Shown one piece after another: positions 39,925 to 52,289 of a DNA stretch of 64,000 nucleotides. The position numbers were made by a program, and so were the translations under genes. The stretch comes from Heterodontus francisci. Taxonomy: Eukaryota. The stretch covers positions 62,001 through 126,000 of the forward strand of contig NC_090417.1 of the NCBI RefSeq assembly GCF_036365525.1, given 5' to 3'. The first letter of the stretch is position 1; every line of letters begins with the position of its first letter. The notes below the pieces were generated by a model. That model searched no databases. It was not told the DNA's origin and saw only the letters and a program-made list of their open reading frames with translations.

Positions 39925-40620
39925 TGTCTAATTCTGACCACCACACTTTAGGAAGGCTGTCAAGGCCTTTGGACACAAAGTGAGTGCAAGCCAGAGACTT
40001 GAATGGTACCAGAAATGAGGGACCAGTTACGTACTCTCCTCAGTGCAGAGAAGGTCAAGATGGGGGGGGGGGGGGGGGTTGCTGAAAATTGAGAGGATTT
40101 GATGTTTCGCTATGTACTCAGTTTCCACTGGTAGGAAGGTCTGCAACCAGACAACAGATTTAAGTAACTGACAAAAGAAGAGAGGGAGAATTGAGGAGAA
40201 AATTTTCAGAAGCAAATTGCTATGACCTGAAACACACTGCCTGAAAGGGTGGTGAAAGCAGCTTCATTAGTAACTTACAGAAAGGAATTGAATACTTAAA
40301 AAGAAAAATTCTGCAAGGCTATCGGGAAAGAACAGGACAGTGGGACTAATTTGATAACTCTTTGAAAGAGCTAACACAGGCATTGTGGGCTGAATGGCCT
40401 CCTTTCCGTACCTTTCAATAATTCTACATTTACCATTCCTCCCCCCCAAAAGGCTGTGGGTACTACATCAACTGAAATTTAAGAGAACGATAATTTTGTC
40501 AGGGAAGGGTACCAGGGAGATGGAGGAAAGGCAGATAAATAGAATCTATTCAGATTAACCATGATCGAATCAAATAGTGAAACAGACTTGAGGGAATGAA
40601 TGGCCTATTTCTATTACAAT
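39925..40620. mobile_element. Decayed CR1 3' fragments
   Basis: Tail motifs gggctgaatggcctcc and gaatggcctatttc. Confidence 0.55.
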
Positions 40621-40989
40621 GGGACTAGCGTCTTTATGCAAATTCCCCTATCTTCATCTGGTTTGCCTGGAGAAATGGCAACAGATGCAGAGATGTAAAT
40701 CATACCAACTACAGAAGCAAATCAAAAGTACCTTGCAACATTGGGTGAAAGTGTTAGCATGCCTAACATTCCCAATTTAAACATGGAAATTAACAGACAC
40801 TGAGAACACTGCAGGAAGTACACCACAGTTTTATTACACCTCGGAATAAAATTTGAACCACTTCACAGAACTTTCAGAAACTAACTTAAAATACAGGAGC
40901 CTGAAAAATATCAATGGGTGTTCACTTACACTAGTAATTCTAAACAAGCAATTCAACAAGATTAATATCCCCTCTACCCATTCTTCCTG

Positions 40990-43095
40990 AATATAGGAGG
41001 AGTAGGCCATTCAGCTCAGAGCCTGCTCCACCATTCAATATGATCGCGGCTGATTATCCACTTCAATCCCCACACTATCCTCATATCCCTATGTCATTGG
41101 TATTTAGAAATCTGTCAATCACTACTTTAAACATATGCAATGACTGAGCTTCTACAGCTCTCTGTGGTAGAGAATTCCAAAGATTCACAACCCTCTGTAA
41201 AGAAATTTCTCCTAATCTTGGTCTTAAGTGGCTTCCCCCTTATTTTGAAATTGCCCCTCTGGTTCTAGACTCCCCAAACCAAGGGAAACATCTTAGCTGC
41301 ATCTACCCGGTGTTACGACCAGCTGAGAAAAGTGTCGAGGGGTCTTTTACTGTCTTCACTTGGTCTTATTGTAACAGGGGTTAATTTTAAACAGTGTTTT
41401 GAGCTCCCCCTTTGTGAATCCTTGTTCACAGCATTCCAATTGTAAAGGTAAAGAAATTAGCACACCAGGTTTTCATCATGTTTAAAGAAAAGGGGAAGTT
41501 ATTAAACCTTAAATTCTAATACAGTTAACTCCTACGGATATACAACACGCCCATGCTAACATGCACATGCAATACACACATGCAAATAGGGACAGAAAAG
41601 AGAAGAAAAATAAAATGTGCATTTCTTGTTACTGTTTCTGTTTCCAGCTCGCCGTAGAGTCCTTGATTGTAGACAGCTCTTAATTTTCATTGGGGCCCTG
41701 TATTCTTCTTAAACCTTGTTAACTGTAGGAGACTTTTCTCTCTTGGGGTTCATGTCTTCAATCGTTTCTGAAGCTGGAGAGTGCGAGATGAGAGCAGACA
41801 GGGGAGAGGTGTTCTCAGTCCAGGAGAAAAAAAAGTTAGAGTTCAAATTCCCTGTTGGAAGTACAAATTCCAAAGAAACCCCAACAGTCAGTCATGTGAC
41901 TAAACTGGCCTGACCACGTCGGTTTGTGTATTCGGCCATCTTAGTTGTTAACCTGGAATGCTTCAACGTCTGGTAATCAAAAGTCCACTGTGGATTTAAT
42001 TGAAGCAGGGAATAGCTCCTTTGTCCTTTGAAGTTACTTGTCTGTTGATATGCTAATGTCTCTCTCCAGCCAAAGTCTCCAATTGTTTTTTTTTTAAAGC
42101 AAGTTCTTTCTTCACCACGAACAGTCCAAAATCAATGTTCATGTGGCGAAATTAATTTTCCTCATTCTTGGCAGGTGGGGGGCTTGCCGGACACCTGTCT
42201 ATCCCTTTAAGTATTTTGTAGGTTTCAAAGAGATCACCTCTCATTCTTTGAAATTCTAGAGAATACAGGCCCAGTTTCCCCAATCTCTCTTCATAGGACA
42301 GTCCCGCCTTCCTGGGAACAAGTCTGGTGAACTCCTCTATGATAATAATATTCTTCCTAAGGTAAGGGGACCAAAACTGAACACAGTACTCCAGGTGCAG
42401 TCTAACTAAGGTTCGATACAATTGAAGCAACACTTTGCTACTCCTGTACTCAAATCCGTTTGTGATAAAGGCTAACATACAATTAGCCTTCCTAATTGCT
42501 TGCTCCACCTGCAAGTTAGTTTTCAGTGACTTATTGACAGGATACCCAAGTCCCTTTGTACATCTATACTACCCAATCTCTTAACATTTAAGAAATACTC
42601 TGCACCCCTGTTCCACGTACCAAAATGGATAACCTCACATTTTTCCACATTATATTCCATCTGCCATGTTCTTGCCCGCTCACCAAGTCTGTCCAAATCC
42701 CCTTGAAGCCACTTTGCATCTTCCTCAACACATTCCCACCTAGTTTTGTTATCCGCAAACTTAGAAATATTACATTTGGTCCCCACATCCAAATCATTGA
42801 CATATTTTGTGAACAACTGGGGCCCAAGTACTGATTCTTGAGGTACCCCACTAGTCACAGCCTGCCAACGCATGAATGACCTGTTTATTCCTACTGTTTT
42901 CTGCCTGTTAACCAATCCTTAATTCATGCCAGTATATTACCTCCTATCCCATGTGCTTTAAAAATTTTGCTAACCAACTTCCTGTGGGGGACTTTATCAA
43001 AAGCCTTGAGAATCCAAGTATACTACGTCCACCGTAACATCCTCAAAAAATTCCAACAGGTTTGTCAAACATGATTTCCCATTCATAAATCCACA
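40990..43095 (-). mobile_element. CR1 LINE 3' portion interrupted by a solo LTR
   Basis: ORFs 42523-42915 and 42152-42514 ([25 protein letters not shown]); the tail resumes at 41310-40990. Confidence 0.9.
41311..42193. mobile_element. Solo LTR (883 bp, TG...CA) with 4-bp target-site duplication
   Basis: ctac-CCGG|TGTTAC...GGACA|CCTG-tctatc; removing it restores the CR1 sequence catctaccctgtctatccc. Confidence 0.85.
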
Positions 43096-43327
43096 TTGGC
43101 ATTACCTTTTCTGGGGTAGGAGTCCTCAGTCACCTTCAGTGACTCGTTCAGCTAGGAACTCATCACGAGCTCTAGAAGGATATGTGGCTACAAAAGCATC
43201 ATCCAACATTCAGTGCGTGTGGGAACAGGAAGAAAAGGCTTAACTGCTTTCTCCCTTCCTTCGCCTAGGGGTCAGACCAGATAACAGTCCAATTGTCAGA
43301 TTGGGCGAAAATAACTAACCCAGGATT

Positions 43328-43576
43328 AGGACAGCGCAGTGGTTAGCACCGCAGCCTCACAGCTCCAGCGACCCGGGTTCAGTTCTGGGTACTGCCTGTG
43401 CGGAGTTTGCAAGTTCTCCCTGTGAGGTAAATTGGCCATTGTAAATTGCCCCTAGTGTAGGTAGGTGGTAGGGAATATGGGATTAATGTAGGATTAGTAT
43501 AAATGGGTGGTTGATGGTCGGCACAGACTCGGTGGGCCGAAGGGCCTATTTCAGTGCTGTATCTCTCTATGACTCT
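43328..43576 (+). mobile_element. HE1-like V-SINE with tRNA-derived head, internally deleted
   Basis: A box gcgcagtggttagc, B box gggttcagttc, V-domain tgtgcggagtttgcaagttctccc, CR1-like tail. Confidence 0.9.
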
Positions 43577-43707
43577 ATAAAAGATAGACATGGGAAATCA
43601 GACTTGGAAGCTTTCCAATGCAGCTTGGTGCCATTTTGATTGATAATGCTCATGATAATGCATTGAGAGACGTTTTACTATGTTAAAGGCACAATATAAA
43701 TGCAATT

Positions 43708-43940
43708 TACATAGGAGCAGGAGTAGGCACTTCAGCCCGTCGAGCCTACTCCGCCATTCGATAAGATCATGACTGATCTGGTTATGGTCGCAACTTCACT
43801 TTCCTGTCTGCTTCCCACAACCTTCGACTACATTGTCTATCAAAAATCTACCTAACTCAGCCTTGAATAAATTCAATGACCCAGCCTCCACTGCTTTTTG
43901 GGAAATAGAATTCTACAGACTAACAACAGAGAAAATAATT
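43708..43940 (-). mobile_element. CR1 3' tail fragment
   Basis: ataggagcaggagtagg...ccgccattcgataagatcatg, as at 1135-1210. Confidence 0.8.
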
Positions 43941-45189
43941 TGATGACCTACTTGGTTTAGCTACTCACTGGATAGGCTCACTGACTAAGAGGGTAAAACC
44001 AGTCAAGTTCAACTGTGGCCAAACCTTTAGACAACTTTGTGCCACTGTGACTAGTCACTATAAGATTTTTAAAAATCTATACTAGTTCTATGATTACTCG
44101 TGCCAAGATATCAAATCCACACCTGCTCCTTATTGAATTGGTCAAAATAATTTGAAAATGGCAGTCAATCATATGGGATGACGCCAAATTTCAAATCAGC
44201 TTTAGATAACTTCTACAATACCTTCTGAATTACACAGAAAAGGCTGAAAGATTACCTGCATCTATTAGCTGCTTCCCACTGTCAGGGCCTTTTGCTTTGC
44301 AGAACACATTTCCTGGCAGAGTCACATAAGCTTCACATATTTTAGGGAGGGATGAGTCTCAAGAAATCTTATGCTACTTTCTTTCTCCCCTCTCAACTTT
44401 CCAAACCTTCAGAAACTATATACAAAATAATCAACCCTACCTGAAGTACTTCAGCCAATTATGAATGTTGGAAAAACAATCTAACAAAAGCCCATGCCAA
44501 CGTTAATTCACACATTAGTTACTGCACAAAAGAATTCTCCTCTCTCCACCTTTAAACAGCGCAATAAATTTATCAAGTAAGCAGCTGAGATGTAAAGACC
44601 AGAAACACCCCAGATCTGATATAAGTTAGCTGATCACAACCAAGACAGTTCAGTGTTCTACAAATGACTTCAGGAAGGGGAATCTTGCCAATTTTGTGGC
44701 CACTCATAATACTTTGTCGCCAGAATAATGGTGACAGATGGGTAGATGATCACAAATGTAGAGATACTGAGCCTAGCAAAGCAGATTTTTCCTTCCCTCT
44801 CGAGGACATTGATTACCTATGTATGATCAATTGGCACCTTCAGAACTTGCCAGTAGTAATTACTCATCATTTTCTAGACAATGTAGCTTGACATTATCCA
44901 GATAACTTTAATATACAGCTGATTATCTAGATCTGAGCAGCACGAGTAAGGCTGCATTTATCACCCATTTAGAATTGTTCCAAGAATGGGGTGACTGGCT
45001 GGCACTTGAACTCTGTAGCAGGTACTGATGATGTACAGTTGGGCAGGAATGGCCAGGGAGTTCTCAACATTGACTCCAGAAAGTCTTATGGCTCTGGTCA
45101 ACTAGAGTCAAGGAAGCCAATTACCTAATGCGCTGCCTCCCATTCCTCCATACTGAACATTTGGAGGAAGCAAGAACACAAGGTACTTT

Positions 45190-46110
45190 AAAAGGCTGCG
45201 TTTGCTGACAACGTAACCACTAGGTGGCACAGTACTAGCACATGCGCAAATGCAGCCTCATCCACTGAAACGTCACTGTCTTAGACTCTCAGGCAGCTAC
45301 CAGTAATAAAGGTGGCACAGCTCACTTTGGCACAAAATGCAAACGCGGACTTAAACCCAAATCCCCACAGTAGCTGCGATCACTGCCTTCATCCCATCCC
45401 CAGCAGTACCTATGTGGGTACAGATCCAAATAATCATTGTAAGGCATCTTTCAATTTGCTCTTTGTATGATGCTTATTATTCTAAAATATTGGTTTGGGG
45501 GGAAATAGATTCATGTGGTTTATTCTCTTGCACTACTCAGCAGTGTAAATGGGTTCTGGGCTATAATTCAGATAGAAACCATCGCTCTTCTCTTCGCCAC
45601 TCCCGTTTGCTCGCCACTTCTCCCCTCAATCACTCGCTCCCGCCTTCGCTGCTTCCCCACCTTGGCCGCTCGCTCCCTGCTTCCCCACCCCACCCGCTTG
45701 CTCCAGGCCTCACCGCTTCCCTCTTCTTGGCCATTGGCTTTTGTGTTGCCCCATCGCCCCCTGGCCGCTTGCTCCCCACCTTGCTACTTCTTCGGACAGC
45801 GCGGCAGGAAGTGAACAGCCAACGGGGGAAGCCACAAAGCCAGGAGTGAGCGGCCGAGGGGGAGAAGGGCGAGGCAGGGAGCAAGTGGCTGAGAAAAGGC
45901 AGTGGGGAGCGAGCAGCCCCATTCCACCATGTGATGGCGTTTGAGAGCACATGCGCGAATTAGTCGTGGCAGGCCGGGTGATGTAGGCTGCGCATACGCA
46001 GCACCATACTGGCAGGAAGAAACCGTTCTGCGCATGGGCACGGCTTGGAATGCACTGACGATGTCAGCACTTGGCTGTGCTGTCAGGAGTCACTCTGATT
46101 TTAAAATGGC
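45190..46110. mobile_element. Putative non-autonomous foldback/MITE-like element
   Basis: Inverted pair tgctgacaacgt (45203) / acgatgtcagca (46058); degenerate internal inverted arms about 45610-45680 versus 45843-45915. Confidence 0.45.
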
Positions 46111-47114
46111 TCTGTATTCCTGTTTATGGAGCTGGTTGAATCCTGAAGGGCAAGATTAGGATTGTCAGGTGATGTGGGTATTAATGCACATCATGCTGGT
46201 GATCTTACCTCCACCATTATATAATGTAGCACTCCTACTGTGCTAAGTGGATCAGACAAAGTACCGACTGTGTAGTCTGAGACTGGATAGCCAACTGGTA
46301 CGATGGACCATCAGAATTGTATCAGATCCCTCACTCAATGGGGAATATAGAAGGGGTGCCAAAAGGAGCACCAGGCATACCTCTGAATAAGGTGCAAATC
46401 CAGTGAAGGAATAACAGAGATACCTGCATGCTAAAACACCAAAAGCAACAGGCAATTGTGCAAAGCAGATAAAGCTAAACAACAAATACTTGCACTTGAT
46501 TTTTCCGCCCCCAACCCCCGCCAGGTCCCTACCCTAGATACCAGTGACCAACAGTTGAATGACATTGAGCAGCTTAGTGTACTGGGCACAGTGAAGACTT
46601 TGGGCTTTGACAACAACCCAAAAGGGTGAAGGATCTGTGGACTAGAATTAACTACCACACGAGCAAAGCTATTTCACTGCAGTGGTATCTGCCCCATGAG
46701 GAAAATTAAGCACCAAAACAGGATTCATCCAGCCTAAGCAGTTGCTGCTCCATCAGCCTTTTTCCAGTCATCGGTAAAAGTAGGCTACCAATAACATCTA
46801 ATTGCCAATAACCTCAGATGCTCTGTTCAGATTCTTCTCGAAATACTGCTCCAGAACTCTCAGCCTTGACGCAAACATTCATTTGCGACCTGAATGAAAT
46901 AACTGTCCTTGACATGCAACATCTTAAATGGTTATAGCATCAAGGAGCTCTAGTAAGAGATTTCAATGGGAAAACATCTGAACGGCTGGGCTAGTACTCG
47001 ATACGTTGGGAGAACAGCGGTTTGTTGGAGGCCAATTACAACACATTCTTCAGGGAAATGCCCTCATCCCAAATTATCCTCAGCTGCTCTATTATAAAGG
47101 TCTGAATTCAGCTG

Positions 47115-47480
47115 TTACGAACATACAAATCAGGAGGAGGAGTATGGCGTTCAGCCTCTTTGAGCCTGCTCCGCCATTTAATAAGGTCATGGCTGATCTG
47201 ATTGTGGCCTCAACCCCACTTTCCTGCCAACCCCTGAATACAAGACGTCTTGCATTTCTATAGCACCTTTCACGACCTGAGGACATCTTAAAGCCTTTAC
47301 AGTCAATGAAGTACTTTGGAAGTGTTGTAATATAGGAAATGCAGCAGCCAATTTGCACACAGCAAGCTCCACAAACAGCAACGTGGTAATCTGTTTTTGT
47401 GATGTTGATTAAGGGACAAATATTGGCCAGGACAGTGGTGATAACACCCCTGCTCTTCTTTGAAATAGTGCCATGGTTTA
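47115..47480 (-). mobile_element. CR1 tail plus DeuSINE 3' part
   Basis: gagcctgctccgccatttaataaggtcatgg; gcagccaatttgcacacagcaagctccacaaacagcaa. Confidence 0.75.
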
Positions 47481-47646
47481 CTGATAAAAAAATTGCCCGA
47501 AATGGAACGTTAAACGTGCTATACAAATGCAAGTATTTTATATAACTCATTTTTATGCATAGAGTCTCAATTATTTGGAAATTTAGTCCCAATTCTGAAA
47601 ATGCCTTTTACTCCTTTGTGAAATCTATTCAGAACACAAAGCCTAC

Positions 47647-47724
47647 CTGTAATCCTGCTCTCTGAGAGCGGGAAACTGCTTTAGCCTTGGCCTTTCCCGA
47701 GTCCTTCCCAGCTTTCCCGCCAGC
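47647..47724 (-). CDS. H2AZ2: Histone H2A.Z.2 exon 2
   Basis: AGGKAGKDSGKAKAKAVSRSQRAGLQ; acceptor ggcag|, donor |gtaggc. Confidence 0.97.
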
Positions 47725-48294
47725 CTGCCAGGAGAGAACGAGAAAGTGGACAATAAACAAACCAGCAACACAAGTTAAACTACTTCTATGCATCTAGTAA
47801 AAGCTGCAACAAAACAGATACTTCTATCATTAAGAATTTTTAGTTTATAGGGATGCAGTGGGGCTACTCAAAAAAAAACGATGATGCACCAAACAGAATT
47901 TCTTTTGCATGCAGTTGATAAGACAATGACTGCTAACATATTCTGGCTCCACATTAGATCAACAAGACCCACATTATTACAAATGCCCAAAAACTATAAA
48001 TTTGAATATGAGGAACATTTATATTAAGCATTGATCAGCGCAGTTTTTTAAAAAACTAGATGTCAGTTTTGGAAAGAGACATAAGGTGCATTTTAATTCT
48101 CACTAGGGACATCACATGATGCAAAGTCAACATTTCTAGTTGAAACAGCAGCACTCTAGAACTAAGCTAGAATCTTATAAACATAGCGACATCTTTATTG
48201 GGCTAGACAAAAAAGGAATTTAACAAATTAAGAAAAAAAAAAATGCTATTCAAAACCCCCATTAAAAGGTATATAGAATACCTTTTAATTATTT

Positions 48295-48610
48295 TTATTT
48301 ATTTAGTGATACAGCACTGAAACAGGCCCTTCGGCCCACCGAGTCAGTGCCAACCATCAACCACCCATTTATACTAATCCTACATTAATCCCATATTCCT
48401 ACCACATCCCCACCTGTCCCTATATTTCCCTACCACCTACCGACACTAGGGGCAATTTATAATGGCCAATTTACCTATCAACCTGCAAGTCTTTGGTGGT
48501 GGGAGGAAACCGGAGCACCTGGAGGAAACCCACGCAGACACAGGGAGAACTTGCAAACTCCACGCAGGCAGTACCCAGAATTTAACCCGGGTCCCTGGAG
48601 CTGTGAATAT
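48295..48610 (-). mobile_element. HE1-like V-SINE
   Basis: Full V-domain (gggaggaaaccggagcacctggaggaaacccacgcagacacagggagaac) and tail. Confidence 0.9.
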
Positions 48611-49750
48611 GCAATGCTGGCACTTCACAATTGGAGATACTGGTCCAGTCTTCCAAATGTAAAGTATTCAAGAAATTCAGGAAGCAAAATGCATCTGTAA
48701 AGAACTTTTAAGACAATGAGCCTACTTTCAACACACTGGAATGAATTATTTCCAATCCTACTTCTGTAATGATGCACACTTTCATGAGATTAACCAAAGC
48801 TTTGGTTTCCAAAGTATATTCGTCTGAAAAAACAGCAATCTGAACTTGTGTCTTACTTACTGATGTGTATTTTGGCCTATGAATTATATACCCCTCTCAG
48901 CAAGTGAACACTGGAATGGGACATTGAACATAAACCAGCATATATTGGTTCTGAATCTACTGTTGACTGTCACGATGCAACATTAAATTGAAGACCATAA
49001 AATATTAACAACTAGGTAAAGTTTGTTCAGCTGCTGAATTATCCAGTTCAAATACAATTCGATCCTCACTTCTTGATTCGCCAACAGTACTCAAGGCAGC
49101 AGTAGATGCAGGTTAAATAATGCCATTTAAACACAGGGGTACATTCAATGTTTGGAGTCATTCAGCCTAAAAGCAAGACTTTTCGCTCATTAAATAGGAC
49201 ATAAAAATGCACGACAAACCCAAAGGACTTGGGAACAATTCATTCCCTGGCACGCGAGGCATTGGAATATCTGAAGTTGCAGCTTCCCACCCTCTCCTGT
49301 AAATAAGAGCTCAGTAAATGCCTGCTTTATTTCAGTTCGACTCCCCGCCTGCTCCAAAAAAAGCTCATTTTCGGCTGACAAACAGTTCAAACTGATCGAA
49401 CGCCGAGGGGTCCAGGCATTTACAAACACTCCACACGCCACCCAGCTGACATAAGCGTCCAAACTGAAGGAAAAGAGCAAAAGAGGGTCAAGCTTGTCAC
49501 CTTAACCTCTCTTTCCCGGTGCTTCAGTGAACCATTTGTGGCGGGACATGAGATCAGCAGGGCACTTTTGGCAGCTGAACGAGTTGGGGTGGGGTGGGGG
49601 GGGGGGGGGGTTTGTAACTTATTCGATTCTTTTTGTTGGGAGCTGAACAAATTGAACATCCAAGGGCTCGGCAGAGGGAACTCGAGGGTCGGAGTGCCAA
49701 GTCCAGAGGAGCAGCCACTAAGCTGGCAGGAATCAAATGGGATCAGCACT

Positions 49751-49783
49751 TATATATATATATATATATAAATATATATATAT
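49751..49783. repeat. (TA)n microsatellite in H2AZ2 intron 1
   Basis: Direct reading of the sequence. Confidence 0.9.
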
Positions 49784-49989
49784 AAAAATAAAAAGAGGGG
49801 GAAAAAAAAGGCAAAACCACACTTTTTAAAACAAAAACACTAACAACTGGTGGAAAGGAGGGGGGGGGGGGGGTTGGCAAAGTCAGAGGCAAACCTTCCC
49901 TCAGTGGGAGGAGGAGGAGGAGGAGGGAGGCAATAAAAAAAAAGGGAGGGAAAAACAACTCCTGTAGCAATTTAATAAATAAAAAAAAG

Positions 49990-51230
49990 CAGTCCCCGCC
50001 GCCTTCAGCCCGGCTCACAATATATACACATGGAAGAAACATTTTAAACACGCATCTGAGGGGGAAAGAAATACATTTAGACGAGGGCCCGAGATGTGAG
50101 GAGGAGAGGGGGGGGGGGGGCAGATTTCGACAGACGGGGAGAATGAATGCAAAATTCGCATATAAGGAGTGACACATCCCAATATTAACTCCGATAATAG
50201 AGTGTGTTATATATTGGAGGATAGATAGAGAGATGGAGAGAGGGTTTAGCCCGGGGGCCGGTTACCCCGCGCTCTCACACGGCGCCTGTCAAAAAAAAAA
50301 GGCGCCATCGGCCGCCGCTGAGGAGAAAAAAAAAACAGCTCCCTTCCCCCCCTCGAGCGGGAAAAACAATAATGGCGGTGGGGTGGGAGAAAGGGAAGGT
50401 GTTACTGGCGCCGGCACGATTCTCCACTCACCATGTTTTCGCCGCTAAAATCCGCTCTCCCCGCCTGGCGCCCACACTTTCTCCCTCAAACAATAACCGA
50501 CACCGCGCGCGCCGCGGAGAGAGGGGGGGAAGGAGGGCCGACATCCGGGCACCGCCGTCCCGCCAAGCGCTCGGCCAATCGCCGCCCCGCACACTCATTC
50601 AAACGCCGCCGGCCGTCCAATAGCCGCCCGCCGCCTTCCGACGTCTCTTTTCGCCCTCCCGCCCTCGCTCGCCCGTCAACGGTTTTTTTTTCAAATCTGT
50701 CGCACGCGGCCTTGACGGGAGTCCGCCCGCCATCGTCGGTTATTTCTTCCTTCGGTCAACCGCAATTCCCTCCAGCTGCCATTTAACGCAACAACAACAA
50801 AAAAAAAAAATTCGAAAAGAGGCCTCGCATTTGACAGGTGACGGTTGACCAATCGGACGGGAGTTTCTACCTTGGTCCCGCCCCCCCCTTTCCTCCTCCC
50901 CTTTCCCCCGCGCAACGGTATTGCGCACATATTGAGAAAAGGCGCTGTGTTGTTTTTAATCGGTCGGAAACGTCAGCGTTTGAATGCGTTATTGTTGGGC
51001 CCGCTTCTCGCTCTTCGAGAGCAAAGGGTGGGGGGGTGGGGGCGGTCCGCGTGTGATTGACGGCGGGATTGTCCACTCAGAGCGACGGTGGGCGTTTAAC
51101 GGACAGCTCCAGCAGCCAATCAGCGGGCGGGCGCCCTGCCAACGCCGCCCGCCGTTAGCAACGGGAAAAGGGGGGCGGGGAATCAAAATGGCAACAAGGC
51201 GGTGATTGACAGCCAGATCGACCAATGACA
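49990..51230 (-). promoter_or_regulatory. CpG island and promoter of H2AZ2
   Basis: Dense CpG; CCAAT at 50575, 50617, 50849, 51116 and 51222; GC boxes; TTTGAA (CHR-like) at 50598-50603 (-), 50690-50695 (-) and 50979-50984 (+); YY1-like AAAATGGC at about 51185. Confidence 0.85.
50432..50434 (-). CDS. H2AZ2: Histone H2A.Z.2 exon 1 coding part (ATG only)
   Basis: gaaaacATG|gtgagt within the CpG island; an ATG-only first coding exon is the known H2A.Z structure. Confidence 0.9.
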
Positions 51231-52289
51231 GAAGGGAATGCCATCTGAAGCACCATTTGAAACTGATTTTGAAAAACAACAGCATCTGCGTCCTGTGTGT
51301 TGCAACTTATCCATTTGTTTTCACGTTTGCTCTGGTCAGTTCCCCAACTATTCCGAGCCACCACTTGGTATATGCAGAAGCTTATAAATACCACCTCCCA
51401 AGGATTGGCTTTCAAACGAGTGCCTGGCAATGAATGACAGGTTTAAGCGTGGTATCCATTTATTTAAACCTTGTGGTCGCAGAGTAAACAGGTGCCCTTA
51501 AGACAAGTTGCACCATATGCTTCTCCCAGTTCGCAGCAGTGCATAAAGAACTTCACAACCACGCCATTTCCAAGGTGAAGGAGTCATGAGCTCCTTGCCA
51601 TGCTTACAAACGTTGCATTGCTGGTTTGGTCACTCTACGCCTTTTATACCTTGGATAAAGCCCCTTGGATAAAGGCATTTCTGCGAAGTCCCCCTGTAGT
51701 GACCGCCATTCATTAATATCTGTGCCTCGACTCAGTATGCCTGCCTTTGCTCCCGATCCCTTGTTCAACAAAAGTCGATGGGCCTCAATCTTGAAAGTTT
51801 CAACTGAACGAGTTCTAGATTTCTACCAGCCTCGGCATGCTTCCTGATTTTACTCCTGAATCGCCTGCCCCATATTTTGAATGTAACTGAATCCCAGAGC
51901 ACAGCTGTCGGATAAGACAGGTCTGAATAGTGCTTGGAAAGAGAAGCTCAGACAGTGTGAAAACACAGGGCTGGGGGAGGGGGGAATATTGGTGGCCAGT
52001 TGCTGGATGCCCAGGCTCACCCAGTCGGCTGCTAGCGAACCAGACAGATTAACTGGGAGTGTCACTGCTGAAAACGAACATTGGGAACACGGAATGGACA
52101 TTGCTCGGAAAGCAAAAGGGATTCGAGATGGCATTATGGAGACCTGGGGGGGGGGGGGAGGGGGGGGGGAAATCAGCCCTCAAATCTTCTGCCTTTCATG
52201 GTCATTGTACACAAGTTTCTGTTGTAATAAGTTAGCCATAACCTATCATTTGAGGCATGGTTCCAGTGGTATCAATCAACTGGTGTCAT

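Larger units (their letters stand above)
35564..50434 (-). other. H2AZ2: H2A.Z.2 gene span (start to stop): join 50432-50434, 47647-47724, 39138-39251, 37898-38027, 35564-35625; 128 aa
   Basis: Exons of 3+78+114+130+62 = 387 nt with all GT-AG introns; translates to full H2A.Z with A14, T38 and A127, diagnostic of H2A.Z.2. Confidence 0.97.

Noticed and set aside
43328-43390. tRNA gene
   Set aside because: The A/B boxes belong to a V-SINE head that continues into the V-domain and a CR1-like tail; no full cloverleaf.
35564-50434. Assignment as H2AZ1
   Set aside because: Diagnostic residues are A14/T38/A127 (H2A.Z.2), not T14/S38/V127.
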